DNA from: Candidatus Multivoradales bacterium
Lineage (GTDB): Bacteria; Acidobacteriota; Thermoanaerobaculia; Multivoradales; JAHEKO01
Assembly (NCBI GenBank): GCA_965248055.1
Contig: CBDFIJ010000004.1
Span: 2,624,001 to 2,688,000 of the forward strand
DNA length: 64,000 nucleotides
Direction of reading: 5' to 3'
Within the stretch, counting starts at the first letter, position 1. Each line of letters starts with the position of its first letter. Below are positions 9,384-19,179 of the stretch, piece by piece. Below the pieces are notes generated by a model. It saw only the letters and a list, made by a program, of their open reading frames with translations, made no database searches and had not been told where the DNA came from. A program made the translations under genes and the position numbers.

Positions 9384-9431
9384 TAATACACGTGCGGAGG
9401 GGGGTGTCGTAATACATGTGTGGAGTGGGGA

Positions 9432-10718
9432 ATGAGCGATTCTCGAATTGGGGCGTTAAGAAGACTTCTGTCTGTTGTCGTGGCCGCGTTTTGGACAAGG
9501 GTCAATGATGTAATTGACTCGGATTGCCGGAGTGCCCTCGCTAATCGGATAACGAAAGCTGAGTTGTTGGTTCGTCTCTACTACGTTTACCTGATGGTGG
9601 CCTCCTACGGCCGCATCAATGAAACAACCAATGCGTGGGTGAGGGATTCTCCGGTTCACCCGCGTCTTGACCTAGCGCTAACATCATGGATCCCCCTTGC
9701 CGCATGGCGGGAAATCGCCGTTGGGTGTGCGGTATTGATGCTAGTGGCGTCCATGCTGGCCGCCACGATTCCTCGTTGGCGCAGTCCAAGAATCATCGCG
9801 ATTGCCTCGTTTCTGCTACTGGAAGCGATGAAGTTCGATGTAGCAGACAAGATCTCTCACGCAGCGCATCCCGTGGTGTGGGCAGGAATCGCCTTCTGCT
9901 TCTTGCCGGGATGGAAGAATGATTCGAGCGAGCGTTGTCGCACGTACCTTGCAAGCTTCTTCGGCGCTCAAGTGCTTGTTTGCTTGCTCTATACCTGCGC
10001 GGGGCTCTCCAAAGTCATCGGAATCGCTTATGACTGGCATCAAGGGGTCACATGGCTCAATTCAGAGGCTCTGACCCTGTTGTTCGCCGACAAGTGGAGG
10101 GGCAGTCATCATTACCTCACCGCGGCATTATTCTTGTCGAATCCATGGGTCAGCTGGCTGTCGAGTGCCGGCGTTCTCTATCTGGAGATAGGGGCGCTCT
10201 TCGCGGTGTTCCGACCTCGTTTGCATCGACCATGGGCGCTCGGCCTCCTTCTCATGCACGCCATGGTTTTGTTGACTATGCGCATCGAGTTTCAGCCATC
10301 TGCATTCATCGTGGGTTTGATTCTGTTGTGCTCGCCCTTTGCGCCGGCGAAGGTGCAGATGAAAGAGACATTTCTTGATCTCCCCGTAGTTCGTTTTCTG
10401 CGCCAGTGGTTCAGGGCTCGACGTAACGCGGCAGTGAACGGGGACCACCCGGGAACATCCATGGGCCACGCTCCTTGGGTACCCTCCTCGAGGGTTATGA
10501 AGCTTTGGATTCCTGTGTTAGTGGTCGCGTATCTTTGCGTGGCCTATGGAAATCTCGACAAGCGCGGAAGATCTGATGGTGAGATCTATCCGGTATCCGC
10601 TATGCCGATGTTCATGCGTATTAATACTAGCGAGGAGAATGTCAGGAAGCTGGCTCGAATCCGCAGCCAGCCGGCAAGCGCCAAAGAGAGAAGGAAGAAC
10701 TCCATCAACAACAGGTGA
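9432..10718 (+). CDS. Polytopic membrane protein, HTTM-like
   Basis: Multiple TM segments; YTCAGLSK and E...H pattern resembling HTTM-domain proteins. Confidence 0.65.
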   Translation: MSDSRIGALRRLLSVVVAAFWTRVNDVIDSDCRSALANRITKAELLVRLYYVYLMVASYGRINETTNAWVRDSPVHPRLDLALTSWIPLAAWREIAVGCAVLMLVASMLAATIPRWRSPRIIAIASFLLLEAMKFDVADKISHAAHPVVWAGIAFCFLPGWKNDSSERCRTYLASFFGAQVLVCLLYTCAGLSKVIGIAYDWHQGVTWLNSEALTLLFADKWRGSHHYLTAALFLSNPWVSWLSSAGVLYLEIGALFAVFRPRLHRPWALGLLLMHAMVLLTMRIEFQPSAFIVGLILLCSPFAPAKVQMKETFLDLPVVRFLRQWFRARRNAAVNGDHPGTSMGHAPWVPSSRVMKLWIPVLVVAYLCVAYGNLDKRGRSDGEIYPVSAMPMFMRINTSEENVRKLARIRSQPASAKERRKNSINNR

Positions 10719-10846
10719 GATGCTGGATAGGCGTCATACGAGTTTCGAGGAGAACCGTGGGGAAGGCGTGGGCGAGGGCCGACATTCGGAACCTCTCCTC
10801 GCTAATACGATTTTCCCTCTCGGGCACCAGGAAACTTGTGGTCCGG

Positions 10847-11286
10847 CAAGCGACTCTCGTTCTCAGTTGGTTACTCGGCAGTGGACGCTGAACGCAGCAT
10901 CGATCAAACGGTCAGGGGTGGGTTCATCACCAATGTGTTCAACATCAACTACATGGCCGACTCCAGCTTCTTTGATGGCCGAGCACGCTTCAAAGCCAAC
11001 GACCGACGGTAGGCGGCGATGTGCGGATGTACGAAAACGACGGGTCCTTTGGACTCGAACGAGATGACTTCCGGGCTTACGTTGAGGTCGGTGTGTTCAA
11101 GGAATACAACCTACAGATCGGTTATCGCACCGTTGACTAGAACGAGACCGAGTTTGACTTCGATGACTACGACGCCGACATGATCGACGTTGGCATCGGT
11201 TACAGCTGGTAACGATTTTCCTATCTCGGATTCTCCGAGTCTTATCCTCGCGGGCCCGGTTGCTTCGGTGACTGGCCCTTTTTTGT
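10847..11286 (+). pseudogene. Decayed duplicate of the mtrB 3' end plus its terminator (repeat copy 2)
   Basis: Homologous to 8482-8924. Mostly third-position differences, a 4-nt deletion near 11005, and a premature TAG at 11138-11140. The original stop is at 11210-11212. Confidence 0.92.
11252..11284 (+). terminator. Duplicate terminator hairpin
   Basis: GGGCCCGGTTGC-TTCG-GTGACTGGCCC followed by a T-run. Confidence 0.75.
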
Positions 11287-11302
11287 TGTCGAGGCGACGC
11301 GT

Positions 11303-12966
11303 CTAGTTCTTTGGCAGGTTGATTTTCTTGTATGTGACCTTGAAGCCGAAGGCTTGAAGGTCGATGGCATGACGCCTTAGGTTGAGCTTGCTAAAGAAAG
11401 GCAATTTCTCAGATGGCTTGTATTCATGCCAAGGACCGATGATGGCATAGCAAACTTCGTAGTCAGGCGCGCTGGGTTGGTTCACGGGAATGAGCTTTTG
11501 AAAGGGTTTGCTGAGCTTCGATCGAGTTTGTTTTCGGTACTCTGGACTCCGAACGAACAGTTCAGCGGATACAGGCCCTGACCAAAAAGATGGCTGAGCG
11601 AAGACGAGCCAAATTTTCTCTTTACGTGCACAAACTGTCTTTCCGCTGTGAATATGTCGCAGACTTCGATTGCATCGGTACTGGACGAGATTCTGACGGT
11701 CTTCTTGTCCATGAGTGCATGTTTGCCTTCGCGTGCGGCTCGCTCGTTGTAGTCCCCTTCCGTTTCTTCGCGAATTGATTTCGTTCCATCGTCCTTGACG
11801 AACGGCACCATTTTCGACGGAGGTAGTTCGACTGTGGATGGTTCCAATGAGTCGACAAACTGGTTTAGGGCGCCAACGAGGTCATTGTTGACTTGCCAGA
11901 ACTGCCCATTCACAAATAGGAACGTGTTTTTCTTGTGGACGAACTCTCCGTCCAAAACTTCGAAGAGCCCCCAGTTGTGCAACATGATTCCATCAGGGTT
12001 GAAGGCTCGAACTCTCTGTTTTTTAAGGGCATCGACCGAAATATCCAACGCGTTCATTTTCAACAGTTTCAGGAGATCTGCGATTTGCAGATCGTTAAAC
12101 TCAAGACTTGTATCAACGTCGAAGCTGAATTCAGCAATCGTGTCAAAGTCGACCAATTTTGGCGGCGCCAACACGAACTGTTCCGGTGATTGCCGCAGCT
12201 TGTCTACCAGGGCATTCTCGAGTTCGGGGATTAGAGCGCTAGGTGCTCCGCGAATATTGTCAAGCTGCGTGAACCTAGTCTTGTACGTGTTGCTGTTGCG
12301 AGCAGCACGTAGCTGACGGCAAGCATCCAGCAAGCCGACGGCATTGCCAGTGCCACGGAACGACTCGACCAAGTGAATGCTCACCGCGTCTCCACCACTA
12401 ATGCGGGTTCCCCACTGCTTCTCGTTGGATGGAGAGCCGCCGACGCCGTTCAGAAGGTCTGTAGTCGGGTCAACATCAAAGTCTCGAAATGCTGCGTTGC
12501 GGTTGGCTTGCTGGCTTGTGTGAATGGTATTCCCTGCGACATGCGTAGCTTTGATTTGACGCAGTCCTTCATTCACGCTGTCCTGTGTGCCTTCGTAGAT
12601 TGTATTGAGGGCAACTCGTAGGCCATATCCCTTCTTATAGACGTTGGGCCGAAGCAAAAAACGACCGCTGCCAAACGTAGCAGCGAATACGTCGCCGCCA
12701 TCGTCCGCGGGGAGGCGAAGGATCAGTGCAACACGATTCATGGCCGTTTTCGTAGGCTCAAATTTGGGGAACCCTTCGCACACGAACCGAGCCCAGTTTG
12801 GCTCCTTGAGATCTTGCGGAACGTTGTAGAGGCATGCCTCGAAGCCGAACTTCTTAAAGTCCAGATCGAGCTTCTCGCATGCTCCATCTAGGACTTCGGG
12901 GCGGATAGCGTCATCGAACTCTCTGACGGTATCGACAAGCGCGTACAGGGTGAGAGATTGCTTCAT
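11303..12966 (-). pseudogene. DUF6119 / TIGR04141 sporadically distributed protein, one frameshift
   Basis: TFGxGRFLL, FGLRVALN-like and IEVCDI...HVK...LSHLFxQG motifs. One base is missing near 11573; restoring it joins the ORF to VSAELF...YEVCYAIIG...LPFFSKLNL (ORF 11303-11485). Could be a sequencing error. Confidence 0.8.
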
Positions 12967-12978
12967 GGTTCAACGTCC

Positions 12979-14523
12979 CTACACTCTGAAACTCTCAACC
13001 TGGAATCCCGCTCCTTCGCCTTCCTTGAGCACTCCGATCACGACCTTCTTGCCGTCGGTGCGAACGTTGATGAGGCCGTAGATCAGGCTGTCGACCAGCA
13101 ACCAGTCCACAACTTTCTTTTCGGGTCCGCTACGGCCTCCGGCACCGCGGCTCTTGAGGCTGGCGCCGCGGATGCTTTTGCCGCTCTTTTCGAGCCCCGC
13201 CGGTTCGAAGAGTTGAACCGAGCGAGACAGCTCGGTGGAGTAGATGAGTGGCGCGACGTACTTGCGTTCTTCGAGGTTGAGGAATTTCTTCTTGGTGGAT
13301 GTTGAAGCGTGGGTGTAGGTTCCGGCCATGCCCAGCACTTTGGCGCGCGGATGAGCATGGGTCTCGTTGTCGCCGCTGGAGAAGAGGGTCGCCATCGGTG
13401 CCATTGCTTGCAAGAACGTGGTCGAGATGTCCTCCGAGCCGTGATGACACGACTTAGCGACATGACATTTGAACTCGACCGCTGGAATGTGATGCAACAG
13501 CAACGCCTGCGAGTTGAAGTTGAGGTCGCCAGTCATCAGCAAGCGCACGTCTCCATAGTCGATACGCAGCACGACTGACATGCCGTTGCGGGTGAGGGAA
13601 GGGCTTTTCATCGAGCCTTTGCTTTCACTGTCGATGTAGCGCAGCGCTGGTTTTCCTTGCCATGACTCTTCGACCGGCCCGAGGACTCGGACGGTCGCTT
13701 TGGGACCACCGTCGAAGTCGGGAAGTGTGCCCATTCCGGAGTGGACGCGCTTAAGTTGATCGACACCCTGGCCCTGGAGCGCCAAGAGGTCCTGAAGCCA
13801 AGTCGCGTAGCTGCCGGATAACTTCCATTGCCTTCCCCCGCGCGCCGATTTGTATTTGTCGACATCGTCGAATCCGTCGAGCAGGGTGGTCAGGTAAAGC
13901 TCCGGGCTACCTGAACCTTCCACCGGTCCGAGCTGGGACATGCCTTTGCCGTTGGCAAACGCGGTTGGCGCGCCGCTAAAGCGTCCGAGGCCGTTGTGGT
14001 AAACGGTTCCATAGGTGAACGCACGTACCTTCCCCCCTTTGGTCATGTCGAGGAAGCCACCAAAATGGTCGTAGTCCGGGTGGGAACAGACCACTGCGTC
14101 GATATGGAATCGGCCGCTTTGAAAGTCAAATTCGTCGCGCCAGGATTGGTCGACGAAGCGCATCCATTTCAAGAATGCTGGCGCCTGGGCTGGGCTGTTG
14201 GTCATCATGGGGCCTGGGCCGCCGTCGATGAACATGGTTTTGCCATTGGGAAAGCGAATGAAGCCGGCGTCGCCCTGCCCGCAGTCGATCTGCCACAAGG
14301 AAAAGATGCCTTCCTCCATCAACTCTTTATTCTCAATGCGAAAGTGGTGGCCCTTGGCCGAAACGATCGATGAGCGGCTGTTGGTGGAGATGACGTAGAC
14401 GGCATCTCCCCACAGAAACGGAACCGATTCCTTGGCGTTGCGGAATTTATGCGCTGCTTTGAGCGGTTTGTACTTCTTCTTCTCCGGGCGGATGTAGGCG
14501 AGGGTTCCGGCTTGGATGGTCAT
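12979..14523 (-). CDS. ComEC/Rec2-like metallo-beta-lactamase-fold hydrolase (possible nuclease)
   Basis: DCGQGDA, SHPDYDHFGG, TGDL, HHGS and HAHP motifs; no membrane competence domain. Confidence 0.85.
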   Translation of the reverse strand: MTIQAGTLAYIRPEKKKYKPLKAAHKFRNAKESVPFLWGDAVYVISTNSRSSIVSAKGHHFRIENKELMEEGIFSLWQIDCGQGDAGFIRFPNGKTMFIDGGPGPMMTNSPAQAPAFLKWMRFVDQSWRDEFDFQSGRFHIDAVVCSHPDYDHFGGFLDMTKGGKVRAFTYGTVYHNGLGRFSGAPTAFANGKGMSQLGPVEGSGSPELYLTTLLDGFDDVDKYKSARGGRQWKLSGSYATWLQDLLALQGQGVDQLKRVHSGMGTLPDFDGGPKATVRVLGPVEESWQGKPALRYIDSESKGSMKSPSLTRNGMSVVLRIDYGDVRLLMTGDLNFNSQALLLHHIPAVEFKCHVAKSCHHGSEDISTTFLQAMAPMATLFSSGDNETHAHPRAKVLGMAGTYTHASTSTKKKFLNLEERKYVAPLIYSTELSRSVQLFEPAGLEKSGKSIRGASLKSRGAGGRSGPEKKVVDWLLVDSLIYGLINVRTDGKKVVIGVLKEGEGAGFQVESFRV

Positions 14524-14555
14524 GATTCTCCTTTCGGTGGCAACAACAAACCGCG

Positions 14556-16289
14556 CTAGCGTGCCTCTTCGATCGCTTGGAGGACATCTTTGGGCAGTTC
14601 AAAGTCGTCTGGGAGTCCCGGCACTGTTCCGAGGAAGGCGTCGAGGTCGGGGATGGTGGCGAGGTAGCGAAGGAGGTTCTTGGGTCGGTACTCAACTTTG
14701 TCGGAGGCGAGTCGTTGCAGTACCGAATGGTGGAAGGTGAGGCGCTTCCGCTCCGAGGCCTCGACTTCGCGGACGCCTTTCCGACTCTGGAAGGTGATGG
14801 TCTGCAGGAAACGCCAGAAAGGTTTGTTTGAGTTGTAGAGCTTGGCGTGGGAATAGCCTGAGTGTTGTCCGGCGTACTTCCAGTTGAAGCCAAGACCGGC
14901 GTTGCAAGCCTCACCCATCATCCATTCCAGAGCGAGGTTGGAGAGTCCCTGCGTGGGATATCCGCCACCGACGTTGGAGTGGACACCCGCAAACCACCGC
15001 TGCTCGAGGGTTTGGTTGTCGTATGTAGAGTTGGAGCTTTGCCAAATGCGGGGGCGGAAGGCGCTGCGCCGTTCATCGACGGCCAGAGCCTGGCGAATGT
15101 GATCAACATGAGCTGGCGGAGCGTTGCCTATGAAGGCCTTGCCGCGCTTCTTGCCCAACGAAAGGACGGTGTCCCAAACGCCGAGGAACTTCACTCTCAA
15201 TGGGGTGATCTCTCCCGCATTCTCCTCAGCTTCGGCCTGCGCATCCTGCAAGGGCTCGCCTTCGTTCATGAGCCGCTTCACTTTGTCTTCGACGATTGCC
15301 GCGCGCTTGTCGGTGTAGCTGGAGTCTCCCTTGAGAAAAGCGTCAAAGTAGATCGGGATCCAGTAGGCGTCTTTGGCGGGAGGGACTCCTTCCATCCAGT
15401 CGATAAAACGGACAAGGCCTCGCGCGGAGCTGGCGCCGCGGCTGAATCCAAATACGAAGATTTCATCGCCTTGTCGATAATTGAGCGCGAGAAAGGTATA
15501 GGCATCCTCAATATTGCCTTCGATTCCTGCGCCAGTGGCGCCACCAAACAGCTTGTCTACCGTCCGGTGTACGCCATTGGTGAAGCCGGGGAACTTTCTG
15601 AGCGCGCCAACCCCGAGGTCGTAGTAGGTGATCTGGGCGAAGCCTTTGGCGGGATCGAACCCGCGGCGACGAGATTCGTCGGCCAATGCACGTTTATCCG
15701 CCCAATATCCGTGGGTCAGAGTTTCTTCGGTTGAAAAGGGGTCGCCCGAGGTCGCAGACGAACGAGCGTGGATTTCCATGCTGTAGTTGTCACCGGGCAC
15801 CTCACGCCCGCCAACCGTTGTATGGAGTGCGGTCGACTTGGCGTATCTCGGTTTGCCTTGTCGTTTCTTGAGAATGGCGTAACGGAGGTTGTTCAGAGAC
15901 TCCGTTGTTTTGCCCCCAATCTGAACGTTGCCGTCGATGTCGGTGAGTGACGCCTGGAAGGTGTACGTTTTGCCGTCGATTGTGACGGTCTCTCCATCTT
16001 GAGGCTGGTCAGTGAACACCAGCGTTGCGGTGGTGTCGTCGAGATCTTTGACAGCGCGACAGGTTTTGAGAACGTTGGTGGGCTCGAAGCGTTGCCTTCC
16101 GTCATCCCCTGCAGTTTTCTTCGCCGGGCTGTTCCAGGTACCGTCCATACAAATGACGATGCGCTTTGGGGAGGCACTGTGAGGCTGTGCGGCGTCTCCG
16201 CTCGCTGCTTGAGCCGACGTGGCCGCGGCGACGGCGAAAACCAGAGCGGCAGCTGTGGAGGATAGGTTCGATCTTGAGTTATCGGTCAT
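14556..16289 (-). CDS. DUF2235 / Tle1-like alpha/beta-hydrolase (phospholipase-like), with signal peptide and inserted domain
   Basis: IVICMDGTWN, GFSRGA, GVWDTV and WFAGVHSNVGGG motifs; ATG 16289 coupled to the upstream stop (ATGA). Confidence 0.85.
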   Translation of the reverse strand: MTDNSRSNLSSTAAALVFAVAAATSAQAASGDAAQPHSASPKRIVICMDGTWNSPAKKTAGDDGRQRFEPTNVLKTCRAVKDLDDTTATLVFTDQPQDGETVTIDGKTYTFQASLTDIDGNVQIGGKTTESLNNLRYAILKKRQGKPRYAKSTALHTTVGGREVPGDNYSMEIHARSSATSGDPFSTEETLTHGYWADKRALADESRRRGFDPAKGFAQITYYDLGVGALRKFPGFTNGVHRTVDKLFGGATGAGIEGNIEDAYTFLALNYRQGDEIFVFGFSRGASSARGLVRFIDWMEGVPPAKDAYWIPIYFDAFLKGDSSYTDKRAAIVEDKVKRLMNEGEPLQDAQAEAEENAGEITPLRVKFLGVWDTVLSLGKKRGKAFIGNAPPAHVDHIRQALAVDERRSAFRPRIWQSSNSTYDNQTLEQRWFAGVHSNVGGGYPTQGLSNLALEWMMGEACNAGLGFNWKYAGQHSGYSHAKLYNSNKPFWRFLQTITFQSRKGVREVEASERKRLTFHHSVLQRLASDKVEYRPKNLLRYLATIPDLDAFLGTVPGLPDDFELPKDVLQAIEEAR

Positions 16290-16912
16290 TCGTCGAGTGC
16301 TTGCTCCGCAGCCAGTAGGACTTCGCGAGCGAAGTAGTAAGCGCGCGCCCGCGTTCGCCACCAAAAAATCAGTGTCATGAGAACGGCCAAGAGGAGCAGC
16401 TCGCAGCGAAAACTCGCGATCTGTTCTGAAGACCACCTGCAAAGAACGATGACGATGGTGAGTAAACTGCCGACAAGTAGACCCCGATGGTGTGCGTAGA
16501 GGCCGTTGAACACCCCGACTCGGCCTTTCTCGCCACCTGCCAGGGTCAGGGCGTAGAGAAAGAAGTCGTGATTTTCGCCCTTGAGGATCTTGTTCTTTAG
16601 CTTGTCGCGAATCCTTTTCGACGAAGCCGCGGGCAAGAAGTGTTTTCCGAATCGCGATTCGGAAAGCAACTGATCGGAGGGTGTGCCGCCCCAAGAGAGA
16701 AATAGCAGGGGTTCAATCAGGCTTCCGACGCCTTGAACGACCTGTCCGATGACGAGTGCGAATCCAGTAAGGATAAGGGTGAGAAACGACCCAGGCACTC
16801 CATCCAAGGTATCCTCGGGGTTGATTGGTAGCACCCAGATCAATACTCCTAGAATGAGGACACCCGGCAAAAGTACTCCGAGCACGTCGTAGTAGTTGAG
16901 CTTGCTAGTCAC
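16286..16912 (-). CDS. Four-TM hypothetical membrane protein, first gene of the island operon
   Basis: AGGAG SD and GTG start; two plus two TM helices flanking a soluble loop. Confidence 0.75.
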   Translation of the reverse strand: MTSKLNYYDVLGVLLPGVLILGVLIWVLPINPEDTLDGVPGSFLTLILTGFALVIGQVVQGVGSLIEPLLFLSWGGTPSDQLLSESRFGKHFLPAASSKRIRDKLKNKILKGENHDFFLYALTLAGGEKGRVGVFNGLYAHHRGLLVGSLLTIVIVLCRWSSEQIASFRCELLLLAVLMTLIFWWRTRARAYYFAREVLLAAEQALDE

Positions 16913-17149
16913 ACGTCTCTCCTGTTTCTTGAGAAATAGATACTTGCCTCGTCCCGGCTGCAGCTACCGGCTTCATGGGCAGATGCGCGGATCGAAAACG
17001 TCACGACGGCATCGAATCAACACGATCTCCTTCCTTAGACCCAGATGTCGCAGGTAGGTACATCTCGCAGGCTGCGAGGCCGAGTCAGAGCTAGCAAATA
17101 GCCTGATCACTGTAGCACAGGGCGATTGCCCAGCGCGATTGGCAGGTGC

Positions 17150-18526
17150 TTATGGGCCGAGCGGTTCGAAGACGGCGCTGAAGTGGCGCAAGGCCGGCGG
17201 CTGCTCGACAATCCGCACGCCGTGGAGCTGTTCTCGGCGTCGATAGATTGCGAGCAGGGTGTCGACCACGTAGTCGATCTGGCTTTGTGTATAGACGCGC
17301 CGTGGAATCGCCAGTCGCACCAACTCGTGGGGAGCTGAGGTCTCTTTACCGGTTTCTGGATCCCTTGAGCCAAACATCACCGAGCCGACTTCAACGCTAC
17401 GAATACCTCCAGCCAGATACAGCTCCAGCGCCAAAGCTTGGCCGGGAAATTCAGACACTGGGATATGCGGCAGCATGGCTTCAGCATCAATGTAGATGGC
17501 GTGCCCACCTGGGGGCTGAACGATTGGCACGCCTTGAGAGGCGATGTGCTCACCCAGGTAGCGGGTCGAAGCAGCGCGGTAGGTCTGGTAGTCCTGGTCC
17601 AGAGCCTCATAGAGACCGACAGCGATCGCTTCCAGGTCCCTCCCGGCGAGACCGCCGTAGGTGGGGAAACCCTCGGTCAAGATCAAGACTTCTTTCTCCC
17701 GTCGTGCCAGGGCGTCGTCATTGGAGCATAGGAATCCGCCGATATTGGCCATCCCGTCCTTTTTAGCGCTCATGGTGCAGCCGTCAGCGTAGGAGAAAAT
17801 CTCGCGGGCGATCTCAATCAGAGGTCGGTCGCGGTGCTCAGGCGTGCGCTGCTGAATGAAGAACGAGTTCTCCGCGAAACGACAAGCGTCGACATAGAAG
17901 GGAACTTCACGCTCGCGACAAATGGCGGAAGCTGCCGCGATGTTCTCCATCGAGGCTGGCTGACCGCCACCGCCGTTGTTGGTGATCGTGATCATGGCAA
18001 AGGGCACTTTGCCTGGGTTCTCGTCAAGACAAGTCTCGAGAGCCTCCAAATCGATATTTCCTTTGAAAGGGAAGGGCTGTGATAGATCATCGCCCTCTTT
18101 GCAGGGCAGATCCAGGGCCACGGTTCCGGTGGCTTCAATGTTGGCGCGGGTGGTATCGAAGTGGGTGTTGTTGGGGACCACATGGCCGGGTCGACACAAG
18201 GTGGTCGCCAGGATGCGCTCGGCGGCCCGCCCTTGATGGGTGGGGATCACGTGGCGAAAACCGGTGATATCGCGTACCGCGTTCTCAAATCGCCCGAAAC
18301 TGGCGCCACCGGCGTAGGATTCGTCGCCGCGCATCATTGCCGACCACTGCTCGGAACTCATGGCCCCGGTGCCGCTGTCGGTGAGCAGATCAATGATGAT
18401 CGCCGACGCTGGGACTTTGAACAGGTTGTATCCAGCTTCGACTAGTGCCGCCCGTCGCTCCTCAACCGTACTCATGCGAATCGGTTCGACGACTTTGATG
18501 CGAAACGGCTCGATGATGTTGGGCAT
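17150..18526 (-). CDS. tnaA: Tryptophanase
   Basis: IDLLTDSGT, HQGRAAE, MSAKKD (PLP Lys) and LRHF motifs; LRHF and MSAKKD favour TnaA over tyrosine phenol-lyase. Confidence 0.9.
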   Translation of the reverse strand: MPNIIEPFRIKVVEPIRMSTVEERRAALVEAGYNLFKVPASAIIIDLLTDSGTGAMSSEQWSAMMRGDESYAGGASFGRFENAVRDITGFRHVIPTHQGRAAERILATTLCRPGHVVPNNTHFDTTRANIEATGTVALDLPCKEGDDLSQPFPFKGNIDLEALETCLDENPGKVPFAMITITNNGGGGQPASMENIAAASAICREREVPFYVDACRFAENSFFIQQRTPEHRDRPLIEIAREIFSYADGCTMSAKKDGMANIGGFLCSNDDALARREKEVLILTEGFPTYGGLAGRDLEAIAVGLYEALDQDYQTYRAASTRYLGEHIASQGVPIVQPPGGHAIYIDAEAMLPHIPVSEFPGQALALELYLAGGIRSVEVGSVMFGSRDPETGKETSAPHELVRLAIPRRVYTQSQIDYVVDTLLAIYRRREQLHGVRIVEQPPALRHFSAVFEPLGP

Positions 18527-18578
18527 GAGGTGCGGGTTCCAGGTTGAAAAAAGGAATGCTTTGTTGGTGTGATTTCGA

Positions 18579-19169
18579 TTAGGGGTAGAGCATCGATTTA
18601 TCCCATCCGTCTGTGTTCTTATCGAACACCGTGCGCTTGTGCAGTCGAAATGCCCCGGCTTTCCAAAATTCGATGCACGACGGATTCACTCGAAAACCTG
18701 ACCAGTGCGGTGGTCTCGGAACTTGAGCCCCGGCGAACTTGGCTTCGAAACGGGCAGCTTGCGCCAATAACTCGGCGCGGTTGCTCAAGGGACGACTTTG
18801 GCTTGATGCCCAGGCGCCGACCTGAGACATCCTGTCTCGAGAAGCGAAGTAGGCGTCCGCTTCCTGGTCGGACACGAGTTCCACCGACCCTTCAATGCGC
18901 ACTTGTCGATCCAGTTGCCGCCAATAAAACAGCAGGCTGACCTGGGGATTGGATTGAAGGTCTACGGCTTTACGGCTCTCAAGATTGGTATAAAACACGA
19001 ACCCCGATGGATCGAACCCTTTGAGTAGCACCATGCGCGAACTCGGGCGTCCTTGAGAGTCAACAGTACTCAAGGTCATGCCGTTGGCGTTGGGGATTTC
19101 CGCAGAGATCGCGCGATCCAAGAGTCTTTGGAAGCGCGCGATGGGATCGTTTTTTTTGTTCTCCGTCAT
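18579..19169 (-). CDS. pdxH: Pyridoxamine 5'-phosphate oxidase
   Basis: RMVLLKG, FYTNLESRK, RQVRIEG, YFASR and RPPHWSG motifs. Confidence 0.95.
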   Translation of the reverse strand: MTENKKNDPIARFQRLLDRAISAEIPNANGMTLSTVDSQGRPSSRMVLLKGFDPSGFVFYTNLESRKAVDLQSNPQVSLLFYWRQLDRQVRIEGSVELVSDQEADAYFASRDRMSQVGAWASSQSRPLSNRAELLAQAARFEAKFAGAQVPRPPHWSGFRVNPSCIEFWKAGAFRLHKRTVFDKNTDGWDKSMLYP

Positions 19170-19179
19170 GGTCTCCAGT

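Noticed and set aside
16290-16694. ORF-track N-terminal extension of the DUF2235 protein
   Set aside because: It is an alternative frame of the 4TM gene; the coupled ATG at 16289 precedes a signal peptide.
8925-17149. Prophage, ICE or IS as carrier of the island
   Set aside because: No integrase, transposase, terminal inverted repeats or tRNA target is visible in the window.
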